This document shows positions 11,529-20,766 of a DNA stretch of 55,372 nucleotides, in pieces; within the stretch, counting starts at the first letter, position 1, and the number at the start of each line of letters is the position of its first letter. The notes below the pieces were generated by a model. That model saw only the letters and a list, made by a program, of their open reading frames with translations, did not search any database and was not told where the DNA came from. The translations under genes were made by a program, and so were the position numbers. Origin of the DNA: Candidatus Saccharimonadales bacterium (GTDB taxonomy: Bacteria > Patescibacteriota > Saccharimonadia > Saccharimonadales > UBA4665); the NCBI GenBank assembly GCA_041743525.1, contig JBGTMN010000035.1, forward strand, positions 1 to 55,372, in the 5' to 3' direction.

Positions 11529-13024
11529 TTTTTGGCCTCTACCTTTTCGGTTTCGTTTTCGGATTCTGCAGGCTTGTCTTCGGGTTTTTCGCTCGGCTTG
11601 TCCGACAATGGCGTGGCGGCGTGTTTTTTGAGCAGTTCGGCTTCTATCCGATCGTAATCTTTCTCTTCTTTGGCTTCCGGGCTGACTTTGCGTACGGAGT
11701 CTTTTAGTCCGACGATATCCATTTCCATCTCGCCGCCGCTCAGCATAATCGTTTCCAGTAATAACTGCTGCTCGGTGAGCGAATGGCGTTCTTCGGGAGG
11801 TTGCTGCAATGCTTCGTATATGTATTTACCGATCGTCAGATCGATGGTTGTTTCTTTGGAAAGCTGTGAGCTAAAGTGCGAAAATTCTTCGGCCTGTTTG
11901 TATTTTGCCAGGGTTTTGAAGAGCGTAGACGACAATCTTTTTTGCCTGTTCGTCTGAGCCTGACCACCAACACGCGACACCGAAAGTCCGGCATTGACCG
12001 CCGGCCGTTTGCCTTGACGGAAAATCCCCAGGTCAAAGATTATCTGGCCGTCAGTAATAGACATGATGCTGGTAGAAAGGTATGCCGTAATGTCATCGTT
12101 TGGGGTTAGTACGACTGGCAGGCACGTGAGTGTTTTGCCGTTAGTTTTGAGTTTGCCGGCGCGCTCTAACAGGCTGGAATGGGCATAAAAAATGTCCCCC
12201 GGGTAGGAGTCGCGTCCAGGGTCGACCTCCTGTAGCAAAGATAGCTGTCGGTAGGCTTCGGCATGACTGGAAAGGTCATCGTACATAATCACGACGTCTT
12301 CGCCGGCGTACCACAAAAACTCGGCCATGGCGCAGGCGGCGTAGGGCGCCAGATAGGATTGAGTCAGGGAATCGAATATATCGGCCAGCACGACGATGGT
12401 ATGATCCATGGCGCCAGACTCTTTTAATTCGCTCAGGAGATGTTCGATATCGACTTTCCGCTTTCCGATAAGCACGTATACGACGATGCGGTCAGAGCCT
12501 TCCTGATTGGCACTGAGCTGACTTAAAAACGTACTTTTTCCAGATTTGCTGTCTCCGAGAATGGCAATACGTTGTCCAAGCACAATCGGAAAGAAACTGT
12601 CGACGGCTGTGACGCCGCTGGCCAGCTGTTCGTTTAACATGCTGCGGGCCATGATGCCGGGGGCCGCGTTAAATATACCGGAACTCTCGGCTGTTTTTAT
12701 CGCGCCCTTGCCGTCGAGTGGCTTGCCCATTGGCGACAGGACACGGCCGATCAGTTCTTTACCGACGGGAACGTTCAGCTCGTCGTGTTCTACGACGGCC
12801 AGCGTGCCGGGAGCCATTTTTTCGGAATCTATGTTGAACAACACGACGCGGTCTCCGTAAGCTTCACGCACGAAACCGCGCTGTCCGTCTTCGAACAAAA
12901 CCTGCGCGCCAAGACGCACGCCTTCCAGGCCTTTTACTTCTATAAGAAAGCTGTTGGCTGCGACGACTTCGCCGGTCAGATTATCGGCTTCTACTAGTCG
13001 TTGAAAAGTCTGATCATCAAACAC
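11525..13024 (-). CDS. atpA: F-type ATPase alpha subunit with charged C-terminal tail
   Basis: P-loop GDSKSGKST, SITDGQIIF and RPAVNAGLSVSRVGG (canonical alpha motifs). Start placed at GTG 13024, which overlaps the atpH stop (GTGTTTGA). The track start at 13120 would overlap atpH by about 100 nt. Confidence 0.85.
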
Positions 13025-13493
13025 GACGCAGTACCTCCGGGAAATTGTCTTTGCCGGCGAGGATCTGCCGCCGAAACGACCAATCGTGTATGCGGCTACC
13101 GTGGCGCACGACCATACCACCGAGCAGCGTGGAGTTAAATTGGAATGAAACTAACACGTCGGGAGCTATGTTGGCGCGGCACCAGGCGACGAGTGATTTT
13201 TTAAGTCCCGTACCCGCTGGGGCCGCTAATGTGATCGTCACCTGGTGGGCCGAGTCGGCATAATCCTGTAGTGTCGTTATGAGAGCCTGTACGTTTTCTG
13301 GAGTTATCTCTTTAAAACTTTGAACGACTTCGCTAGCAGAGTCAGATAGTACTGGTGGATTTATGGCGCCTTTTTGGGTGACCTGTTTTTTGACGGCATC
13401 ATGAGATAGCCATTGTTGGAGGCCTTTTAGCTCAAGGAGTACCGATTGCAGGTCCTGTGCCGAGCTTAAGCTGTCCGGGAGTTTAAGCTTCAT
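13017..13493 (-). CDS. atpH: F-type ATPase delta (OSCP) subunit
   Basis: 158 aa, located between b and alpha. C-terminal ...STLLGGMVVRHGSRIHDWSFRRQL resembles the delta consensus. Confidence 0.7.
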   Translation of the reverse strand: MKLKLPDSLSSAQDLQSVLLELKGLQQWLSHDAVKKQVTQKGAINPPVLSDSASEVVQSFKEITPENVQALITTLQDYADSAHQVTITLAAPAGTGLKKSLVAWCRANIAPDVLVSFQFNSTLLGGMVVRHGSRIHDWSFRRQILAGKDNFPEVLRRV

Positions 13494-14124
13494 CGGTCAC
13501 CTGCTTTTTGAAATCGTCCTTGTGAGCCTCGAGTATACCGACGAGGTATTCATTCTGAGCACCCAGATCGACGTTGTGTCCTAATGTTTCTAGGAGGAAT
13601 GACGCCATGGCATCCGAAAGTTTAGAGTCTATTATCTCAAGAGCTTTCTGCTTTTCTTCGGCCAGTTCCTGTTCGACCTGTATCTTTAGATTGGCTCTAA
13701 GTTCGTCTGTTTCGATGCGGACTTTTCCGACTTCGAGTTCGGCTCCCCCCAGCATTTTTTGAGCCTGGTTTCGCAGTTTTTCCAGTTCGGCTTTTAGCTG
13801 TTCGAGCTCAGTTGAGATGACTTGCGCGCCGGCGGCATCGAGCTGTTTGGTGAGTTGGTCGGCCGTCGTTTGCAGATCGCGCCCCAGTTCTTTGGTAGAA
13901 CGATCCAGAACACCTAAGAAATTCCGCTGAGCGAAATCCAATAGTTTTTGCTTGTCGGCAGCGGGAAGCTGTAGTTTTGGAATCGGAGCGGCAGGAGTTT
14001 TAACCGGCTCCGGTTCGTGCGGCCGAAAATGGGCCAGGGCATGCTGGACGGCAATGGTTGTCAGTGCGCCTATCAAAAAGACGTTTAGCAGCAGGAAGAG
14101 CTGGAGAAAAAGAGTAGTATTCAT
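13483..14124 (-). CDS. atpF: F-type ATPase b subunit (single TM plus coiled coil)
   Basis: N-terminal TM helix (LFLQLFLLLNVFLIGALTTIAV) followed by a long heptad-rich helix. Operon position immediately upstream of delta. Confidence 0.65.
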   Translation of the reverse strand: MNTTLFLQLFLLLNVFLIGALTTIAVQHALAHFRPHEPEPVKTPAAPIPKLQLPAADKQKLLDFAQRNFLGVLDRSTKELGRDLQTTADQLTKQLDAAGAQVISTELEQLKAELEKLRNQAQKMLGGAELEVGKVRIETDELRANLKIQVEQELAEEKQKALEIIDSKLSDAMASFLLETLGHNVDLGAQNEYLVGILEAHKDDFKKQVTDEA

Positions 14125-14125
14125 G

Positions 14126-15007
14126 CTAGAGCTTCGTCAGAATCATATAAATTGATAAAAAGGACGCCGCTAATATACCGAGCACCACGACGGACATCTG
14201 AACCATGTTCCGATACACCGCCGACTGAGACATTGGATTTCGGCCGACGGATATGATGCTACTGCGGATCATGGAGTAGATGATGCTCATAACAGCAATG
14301 ATTGTTACGATAAAGATACCCGAACTGATGATTATAGGTAGGGAATCGACTTTCTTGCCGGCCATGGCATTCGCAACACTTTGGATTGCCGTTGGTACGA
14401 CGGTTTTTTCGGGTTCGTTGTAATGATAGGCGACGCTTATGAGTGCTGGGACTTCGCCAATAGTGACAGTCTGTTCTTTTCCACTGTCGTCTTTATACGT
14501 TTGCTTGCTGTCTTTACTCATTCTCGGTTCGCCCTGGGCGATACCAATGACTTTGACGTTGTTGGTGGCTTTCATGCCAACACCTTTGATGGATGAAGCG
14601 GTTATCTGGTCGCCCTGCGAAATTTTGCCGTTGAGGTCGGATACTAATATCTGTACGATTCCACCGGTCGCTACCTGAACCTGATCGTCCTTGCCGTTCG
14701 ATAGAGAAAGCAGGGAATTCCCCTCGCTGATAACCACACCGTATATGCTGTCGGAGTTTTTCGAGGTGACTGCGCTGACATGATCCGAAGAATTGTCTTC
14801 CAAGCTAACTATTGAACCTATTGAAAGCTTATCTTTCGTTAAGAACCCTTGGGATATAGTGGTGACTGCATGTGCCGTTGAGGCAATCGATAAACATATC
14901 AGCACAGCCAGCATGACAAGGGATAAAATCGACTTGAATGAGCCGCGAATCGGCCAGGTTGTCGTCTGTGGCTGTTGATGAGTCTGAGTACTGCGCGCGT
15001 GCTTCAT
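14126..15007 (-). CDS. Membrane protein with an extracytoplasmic beta-rich domain fused to a C-terminal two-helix hairpin that resembles ATPase subunit c
   Basis: Its stop is 1 nt from the atpF start. N-terminal TM or signal anchor, about 190-aa S/G/V-rich domain, then ...IYSMIRSSIISVGRNPMSQSAVYRNMVQMSVVVLGILAASFLSIYMILTKL. Compare the c-subunit loop ...[27 protein letters not shown]... Confidence 0.6.
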   Translation of the reverse strand: MKHARSTQTHQQPQTTTWPIRGSFKSILSLVMLAVLICLSIASTAHAVTTISQGFLTKDKLSIGSIVSLEDNSSDHVSAVTSKNSDSIYGVVISEGNSLLSLSNGKDDQVQVATGGIVQILVSDLNGKISQGDQITASSIKGVGMKATNNVKVIGIAQGEPRMSKDSKQTYKDDSGKEQTVTIGEVPALISVAYHYNEPEKTVVPTAIQSVANAMAGKKVDSLPIIISSGIFIVTIIAVMSIIYSMIRSSIISVGRNPMSQSAVYRNMVQMSVVVLGILAASFLSIYMILTKL

Positions 15008-15125
15008 ATATAAAGAGTTAAAAACAATATTCCCCTAATGGTTTTAGTATAACAAAAAAATAGTATCCCGGTTGTGTTTCATTGGTGGTATTATGAGCCA
15101 CATAAAGCTCAAGGAGTTAAATGGT

Positions 15126-15227
15126 ATGGTAAAAGTATGTGATCAACGGGGATATACGGTACTGGAACTGGCAATCGTGATAGTCTGCGCGTTCATACTG
15201 CTTTCGCTGATCTTTTTTATAGCCTGA
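15126..15227 (+). CDS. 33-aa mini-prepilin (class III signal peptide plus hydrophobic helix only)
   Basis: Below the track cut-off. AAGGAG (15111-15116) lies 9 nt upstream of the ATG. Product MVKVCDQRGYTVLELAIVIVCAFILLSLIFFIA, containing a G|YTVLE prepilin cleavage/methylation-type motif. Confidence 0.4.
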   Translation: MVKVCDQRGYTVLELAIVIVCAFILLSLIFFIA

Positions 15228-15428
15228 TATTATTGTGCCGTTTTTTCGACTGCAAAAGTTCAGCATATTTATTAATGGGGGTGTAGCGAGGTATTAGATT
15301 GTATAAACTGACAAGGTTTGCGAAAATGTTACAGATTAGAACAGACCAAGTCAAAAACACCATGAGCGATATTTGAGCCTGGATAATGAGTCGAAAACAG
15401 GAGGATTTATATCAAAAGAAAACTCACC

Positions 15429-17819
15429 GTGAAAAATTCATCGTCTATGAGTGAAAAGTCTGGCGCCAAGACTTCGCAGTTTTCTGTAACTTCCTCAGGT
15501 TATTCGGCGGAGGCATTACGCGACGCAGTTGCCGCAGAGCGCCGAGATGTTTACGACGTATTCATGCAGGCACCGGCTATGATTGCCATTGTCCGAGGCT
15601 CTGATATGGTTATTGAATTTGCCAATCCATTTTATTTACGGGTAGTCGGAAGAACCGACAGTATTATAGGTAGGCCTTTACTCGAGGCTTTTCCCGAATT
15701 TAAAGACCAGCCTATCATGGAGATACTAAAGCGAGTATACGCCGAAGATAAGGCCTACAACGGCAATGAAGTTAATGTCAAAATAGACAACAATAACGAT
15801 GGATTGTTGCAAGACATGTATTTTAACTTTGTGTATCAGCCCCTCCGGAACATTGACGGTGAAGTAATCGGGTTGATGACACATGCCGTTGAAGTAACGC
15901 AACAGGTGCTAGCCCGAAAGAAAGCCGAAGAGGATGAAGCCAGATACCGGACACTCTTTAATTCAATAGACGAGGGTTTTTGTATCATAGAAATCTTGCT
16001 CGACAACGATGGCAAGCCCGCAGACTATCGCTTCCTGGAAACGAATAAAGTATTCGAAAAGCTCACGGGACTGAAAGAGGTGACTGGCAAGACCGTCAAG
16101 CAGACGATCCCTGATATTGAAAGTACATGGATAGAAAAGTACGGCAAAGTCGCGCTCACGGGCGAGTCTGTGCGGTTTACAGAAAATTCTGACGCTTTGA
16201 ACAGGTGGTTTGACGTTCATGCTTCTAAAATCGGCGGGGAAGACAGTCGCAAAGTCGCTTTGCTTTTCACGGACGTTACACAGCGCAAGACTCGGGAGCA
16301 GCAGCTGCAACAAAGTGAGGTCTACTACCGAGAGATAGCCGACAATACCCCGGTCATGACGTGGATTACTGACAAGCACGGCGACTGCACCTACGTCAAT
16401 AAACAATGGCGGGATTATACGGGTCAAAAGCCTCAGGAAGCACTTGGAATCGGCTGGATGGATGTCGTTCATCCGGAAGACCTGCAGCATACAAAAGCGG
16501 TATTTAAAGATGCAAGTACATCACATGAGCCAATTAACCTGGAATACAGACTGCGACACGTAAAGGGCGAATATCGGTGGGCGCTCGACTCTGGACTGCC
16601 AAAATTTGCGACCGATGGATCTTACGACGGCTTTGTCGGTTCGGTCATAGACATTGATGATCGGAAACAGGCAGAAAACTCCTTGCGTCAGCAGCTGACC
16701 TTAAACGAAGCCGTTATGAACAATACAACAGTCGGGCTTTTCATGATAGATGCAGCCGGTTTGATGAAATTCATAAATCCGGCTGCTACCAAACTGCTGG
16801 GATATAGCCAGAGAGAATGTATCGGCAAGTCCAGTCATGTACTGATGCATCATTCATATCCTGATGGACGGCCGTATCCTCAATCCGAATGCCCGCTGGC
16901 TTTGGCGTATAAGCTCGGGCAACTGCAGCCGACCCGCGAAGATGTATTTTACCGAAAAGATGGCAGTCAATTTACGGCGTTGGTTACTGCCACGCCAATA
17001 ATGGGCGAAAATGATGTACAGGGCACTATAGTAGAACTTCGTGACGTCACCGAACAAAAAAAGACTTTAGACCGCAAGAAGCAACTGGAAACTATTACAG
17101 CTAGACTACGCGAACAGCGAAGCCAGCTTATATCTATCAACAAGTCAAAGGACGAATTCATCTCGCTTGCCTCACATCAGCTTCGTACCCCGGCGACGGG
17201 CGTTAAGCAGTATCTCGGAATGGTTTTGGACGGTTTTGCTGGAGATTTGAGTGTTGCTCAGCGAAAAATGCTGGAACAAGCCAATACGAGTAATGAGCGC
17301 CAGATTACCATTATAAATGACCTTCTAAAAGTAGCTCAGGTGGACGCTGGGAAAGTAAATCTGCGCAAAGAGCAAGTGGATGTCGTTGGCTTGGTCCGCA
17401 GGGTACTCGCGGATCAAAAATCACAGTTTGAAAGCCTCGACCAAAAAGTTGAACTGACGGCAGAAAAAAATATAATGGCTCTTTTAGACGCACACAAGAT
17501 TCAGATGGTACTCGACAATATCGTAGACAATGCCGGTAAATATACTCCGTCAGGGAAAAACATAGTGGTATCAGTTTCTACTGAAGGCCATGAGGTGGCA
17601 GTGGCCGTTACCGACGAAGGTGTCGGCATCGCTCCGGAAGAGCTGGATAAACTTTTCAAGAAATTCGTACGGCTCGATAACCCACTGTCCGTAAAAGTGG
17701 GCGGCACCGGTCTAGGTCTGTACTGGGCGGATAAGATCGTAGCGCTGCACGGTGGCTCAATCAGCGTGGATTCAAAGGTAGGCCATGGCACGACGTTTAC
17801 GATTCGATTACCCCGCTAA
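15429..17819 (+). CDS. Multi-PAS sensor histidine kinase
   Basis: Several PAS/PAC-like repeats. H-box SLASHQLRTPAT, N-box DNIVDNAGKYTP, G-boxes TDEGVGI and GGTGLGL. The exact start is uncertain (GTG 15429 or ATG 15447). Confidence 0.85.
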   Translation: MKNSSSMSEKSGAKTSQFSVTSSGYSAEALRDAVAAERRDVYDVFMQAPAMIAIVRGSDMVIEFANPFYLRVVGRTDSIIGRPLLEAFPEFKDQPIMEILKRVYAEDKAYNGNEVNVKIDNNNDGLLQDMYFNFVYQPLRNIDGEVIGLMTHAVEVTQQVLARKKAEEDEARYRTLFNSIDEGFCIIEILLDNDGKPADYRFLETNKVFEKLTGLKEVTGKTVKQTIPDIESTWIEKYGKVALTGESVRFTENSDALNRWFDVHASKIGGEDSRKVALLFTDVTQRKTREQQLQQSEVYYREIADNTPVMTWITDKHGDCTYVNKQWRDYTGQKPQEALGIGWMDVVHPEDLQHTKAVFKDASTSHEPINLEYRLRHVKGEYRWALDSGLPKFATDGSYDGFVGSVIDIDDRKQAENSLRQQLTLNEAVMNNTTVGLFMIDAAGLMKFINPAATKLLGYSQRECIGKSSHVLMHHSYPDGRPYPQSECPLALAYKLGQLQPTREDVFYRKDGSQFTALVTATPIMGENDVQGTIVELRDVTEQKKTLDRKKQLETITARLREQRSQLISINKSKDEFISLASHQLRTPATGVKQYLGMVLDGFAGDLSVAQRKMLEQANTSNERQITIINDLLKVAQVDAGKVNLRKEQVDVVGLVRRVLADQKSQFESLDQKVELTAEKNIMALLDAHKIQMVLDNIVDNAGKYTPSGKNIVVSVSTEGHEVAVAVTDEGVGIAPEELDKLFKKFVRLDNPLSVKVGGTGLGLYWADKIVALHGGSISVDSKVGHGTTFTIRLPR

Positions 17820-17829
17820 AGCTGCTGGG

Positions 17830-19200
17830 TTAGTTGAAAGATCGGCGGTAACCATTTAAAACCCAGAAAGTAGAGCCCGGGGAAGCCGAAGACCCGAAAG
17901 TTATGGTAGCACTGTTACTGAGTTTGACTGTCTGGCCGATCAATGCGCCTATCCCGCCGCTATTGTTCAGGCTGACTTGCGTCCAGCGGGCGTATAATGT
18001 GCTTTCCGGGGCTGATGCAGTATTTGAAATCAGGATAGTTTCGTCTTCACGGGAATTGTAAAGATCTATTCCTGTGACATTTGTGCAGTCCGGCGAACAG
18101 CTTGCTCGACTCCAGTATGTCAGTACTCTTGCTCCGGTTTTGGATGTATTGGCAACTATCCGGGCGCTATTACTTAAATGTACTTTCGCTCCATCCACCA
18201 TTATGTCGGGCATGGTCGAGCCGACCGTATTGGCTATGATTATTTCTGCGGAGTTCAGCATTTCTAAGTTGCCGGTTATCCAGACATTGCCATTTATGGT
18301 AACTTTGCAGCCTTTTTGTATGCTAACATTTCCGGTAATGACGACATTGGCTGGCCAGTTCCGTGTTCCGTTGTTGCTATTGCATGACGCGGCGCTGCTT
18401 GAAAGTGTGTTCACTGCGGCTGCTTTTTGGGCGTCACGGTTATGAGTAGGGAGCGGTTGCGCGCTAATCGACGCGCCGGTCTGCAATCCGGGGTTACTCA
18501 TTCGTGCGCCGTTCGTCTGGTTATTGGCCCGAACCGTACCGTATATCCATGCCGGGTTGGATATACTGATAGGCTGACCATTTTCTCCACCTCCGCACAG
18601 TCGCGGGTAAAGGCTGGTCGGAGGATTCGGGCAATTCTGATGCGCAACTTCGACTGTTATGGGATTGGTAGACAGCCCTATTTGAGCACTGTTCGACATG
18701 TTTATTTCGCCGTTGACTAATACGTCACCCCCGACAATCTTGGAACTGTTCGACATAAATAACCCACCGACCCCCGTCACGATACTGTAACCTTCGGAAA
18801 CCACCGGACGCAGGTGAGCGTTTATTGTGCGACTGGACGTTGGTATGGTTGCCGACGATGGCCTGTAAGTCCGTCCAGTGACCGTCAATGTTTGTGAGGT
18901 TGGCGTGGACTCGGTCATGTTCGCTTCAAAAGTCGTCCGGACATCATATTCATCGCGGAGCGTCATTTCTCCGGTTCCAGTCCAGCCTGCATTAACATTG
19001 ACCTGTTGTAAAGCAAAATCTATGCCGGCATCCGCCGCCAGCTGCGCATGGGTCATGTTCTGATCTTTGCCGGCGATGGTCAGGCTACTGACGGCCAGTT
19101 CCATAAAGAGGGCGGTGGTCAGAATCAGAAATGGCAAGACAATAATTATGGAAACAAGAGCTGATCCGCCGTTGTTTGAACGTATGCTTAGTTTCATCAA
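17830..19200 (-). CDS. PilX-like pilus-associated protein with beta-helix repeats
   Basis: N-terminus NNGGSALVSIIIVLPFLILTTALFMELAV (PilX N-terminal type, no cleavage motif). Last gene of a minor-pilin operon. ITGNV/INGNVWITGN repeats. Confidence 0.55.
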   Translation of the reverse strand: MMKLSIRSNNGGSALVSIIIVLPFLILTTALFMELAVSSLTIAGKDQNMTHAQLAADAGIDFALQQVNVNAGWTGTGEMTLRDEYDVRTTFEANMTESTPTSQTLTVTGRTYRPSSATIPTSSRTINAHLRPVVSEGYSIVTGVGGLFMSNSSKIVGGDVLVNGEINMSNSAQIGLSTNPITVEVAHQNCPNPPTSLYPRLCGGGENGQPISISNPAWIYGTVRANNQTNGARMSNPGLQTGASISAQPLPTHNRDAQKAAAVNTLSSSAASCNSNNGTRNWPANVVITGNVSIQKGCKVTINGNVWITGNLEMLNSAEIIIANTVGSTMPDIMVDGAKVHLSNSARIVANTSKTGARVLTYWSRASCSPDCTNVTGIDLYNSREDETILISNTASAPESTLYARWTQVSLNNSGGIGALIGQTVKLSNSATITFGSSASPGSTFWVLNGYRRSFN

Positions 19201-19877
19201 AATTGATTCCTTAGTGTTACGCGAATACTGTTGTCGAACGTGATGGGTGTTCCGAAAGTGTCCCGTTCCAAGCCGAGATTTATACGAATTGACCTGGCGG
19301 ATGTTGCAGTAGTGGTGGGGTTGTCGTCTTGATCGTATAACGTGAATGTGAACGATTTGCCATGTTCAGTCAATAGCCTGTCGGATGGACACGTTTCGGT
19401 GGCGGACGCAGGTGGACACGATGTACGCGCCTTGTTGGCTAACGCTGCGGTATTGGCTAGAGTCCGCTTATACAACCGTGTTTGCTGCCTGTAATATACC
19501 AGTTCGTTATTGTATGGATTCCCAGTGTCGGGATTGATGATGTACTGGCCCGATGCATCGACTGCTGGTACTGCGATGATTATCACGAAGTTGGTGTTGC
19601 TCGTGTTCCAGCCGCCTGGCATGTTGGGATCCGATACAGTGTTTGTCTGGCGAACCCCGGCGCCGTACCTTAGTTCTTCGACCGTGCTTCTCAGTAGATT
19701 TTGTGAAGTGACTGTCAGTTCGGTGCTTCTGCTATTACGAGTTACGAGTGCGAGATAGTTGCCAAAAACAGCTATCATGCTGACGGATATAATTCCCATC
19801 AGCGATATTACGACGAGTAATTCTACGATGGTAAATCCATTATCGCGATTAGTACTGTCCGACACCGAGCTCTCCAA
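19197..19877 (-). CDS. Prepilin-type minor pilin
   Basis: RDNG|FTIVELLVVISLMGII N-terminal cleavage/methylation motif. Confidence 0.75.
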   Translation of the reverse strand: MESSVSDSTNRDNGFTIVELLVVISLMGIISVSMIAVFGNYLALVTRNSRSTELTVTSQNLLRSTVEELRYGAGVRQTNTVSDPNMPGGWNTSNTNFVIIIAVPAVDASGQYIINPDTGNPYNNELVYYRQQTRLYKRTLANTAALANKARTSCPPASATETCPSDRLLTEHGKSFTFTLYDQDDNPTTTATSARSIRINLGLERDTFGTPITFDNSIRVTLRNQF

Positions 19878-20238
19878 GATATGTTACGTACGATTGAGTC
19901 CGCGGTTTGCCTTGTTCGTTGTAAGTAATGCTTAAGTGAATCCTTTTTATACCGCTACTGTAATTTGTGACGTTCTGCGTGGCGGAGCGGGGGCGTTTGA
20001 GATCGTCCGGTAATTCTGCCGTTATATTTGTGCTACCGCTAGAGACCGCCAGATAACCTCGGCTTCTGAGTGCTTCGACCTTTTGTTCGGCAAAAGCATT
20101 AGCCATAACTAAATTGCGGCTGCGCTGGGTCAAAAAAGAATGAGATACGACGATAGAATTTAAGCTCAGTATAAGAATGGCGCCGACTATAATCGTCACC
20201 AATAATTCGACCGTCATAAACCCTTTGCTGCTACCCAT
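19849..20238 (-). CDS. Prepilin-type minor pilin (PilV/GspI-like size)
   Basis: MGSSKG|FMTVELLVTIIVGAILIL motif, 129 aa. Confidence 0.7.
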   Translation of the reverse strand: MGSSKGFMTVELLVTIIVGAILILSLNSIVVSHSFLTQRSRNLVMANAFAEQKVEALRSRGYLAVSSGSTNITAELPDDLKRPRSATQNVTNYSSGIKRIHLSITYNEQGKPRTQSYVTYLGELGVGQY

Positions 20239-20334
20239 TACATATAATATATCACTTATGCTTTATTTTGGACTTCGTAACGTGCAATAAACTATTTTGA
20301 ATACGCTCATGGTTTTGTTATAGTGCCATCAGAT

Positions 20335-20766
20335 ATGAAAAAGAAAAATCCGTATACTACGGCAGTCGTGACGGGAAGTGGTAGATGGAGTTTATTCTCG
20401 TCAATAAAACGAAATCGAAAGTTACTGGCTTTGGCTGCGGTCATTCTAATCGGCGTATTGGGGGTTCTATCTTTCGTATATATTCAAGAGACTGCAAAAT
20501 CGGCAAGACTGAACAATGCCGTGCAGCAGGCCGACAAGGCCTCGAGTGGATTTCAGTCGAATGATGTAGGATATAGCTTCAAAATGCTGAATGAAGCAGT
20601 CAAGCTTGCCGAAAAAGATAATTGCAGTGAAGCCAGGGCTGTCTACAAGACGGTAAAAGAAAAGCCAAACGGTATACAATCCATAGATCTGCAAGTGTAT
20701 GAAAAAAGGATAGGAGATATATGTTCAGGTACCAAACCGCCGGCCATTCAATCTACCGAAGATTAG
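20335..20766 (+). CDS. Membrane-anchored hypothetical protein
   Basis: ATG at 20335 (MKKKNPY...) is preferred over the GTG at 20323. One TM helix (LLALAAVILIGVLGVLSFVYI). Confidence 0.5.
   Translation: MKKKNPYTTAVVTGSGRWSLFSSIKRNRKLLALAAVILIGVLGVLSFVYIQETAKSARLNNAVQQADKASSGFQSNDVGYSFKMLNEAVKLAEKDNCSEARAVYKTVKEKPNGIQSIDLQVYEKRIGDICSGTKPPAIQSTED

Noticed and set aside
13025-13120. N-terminal extension of atpA (MVWSCATVAAYTIGRFGG...) implied by the track start.
   Set aside because: It would overlap atpH by about 100 nt and adds non-conserved sequence. A GTG overlapping the atpH stop (GTGTTTGA) gives the usual translational coupling.
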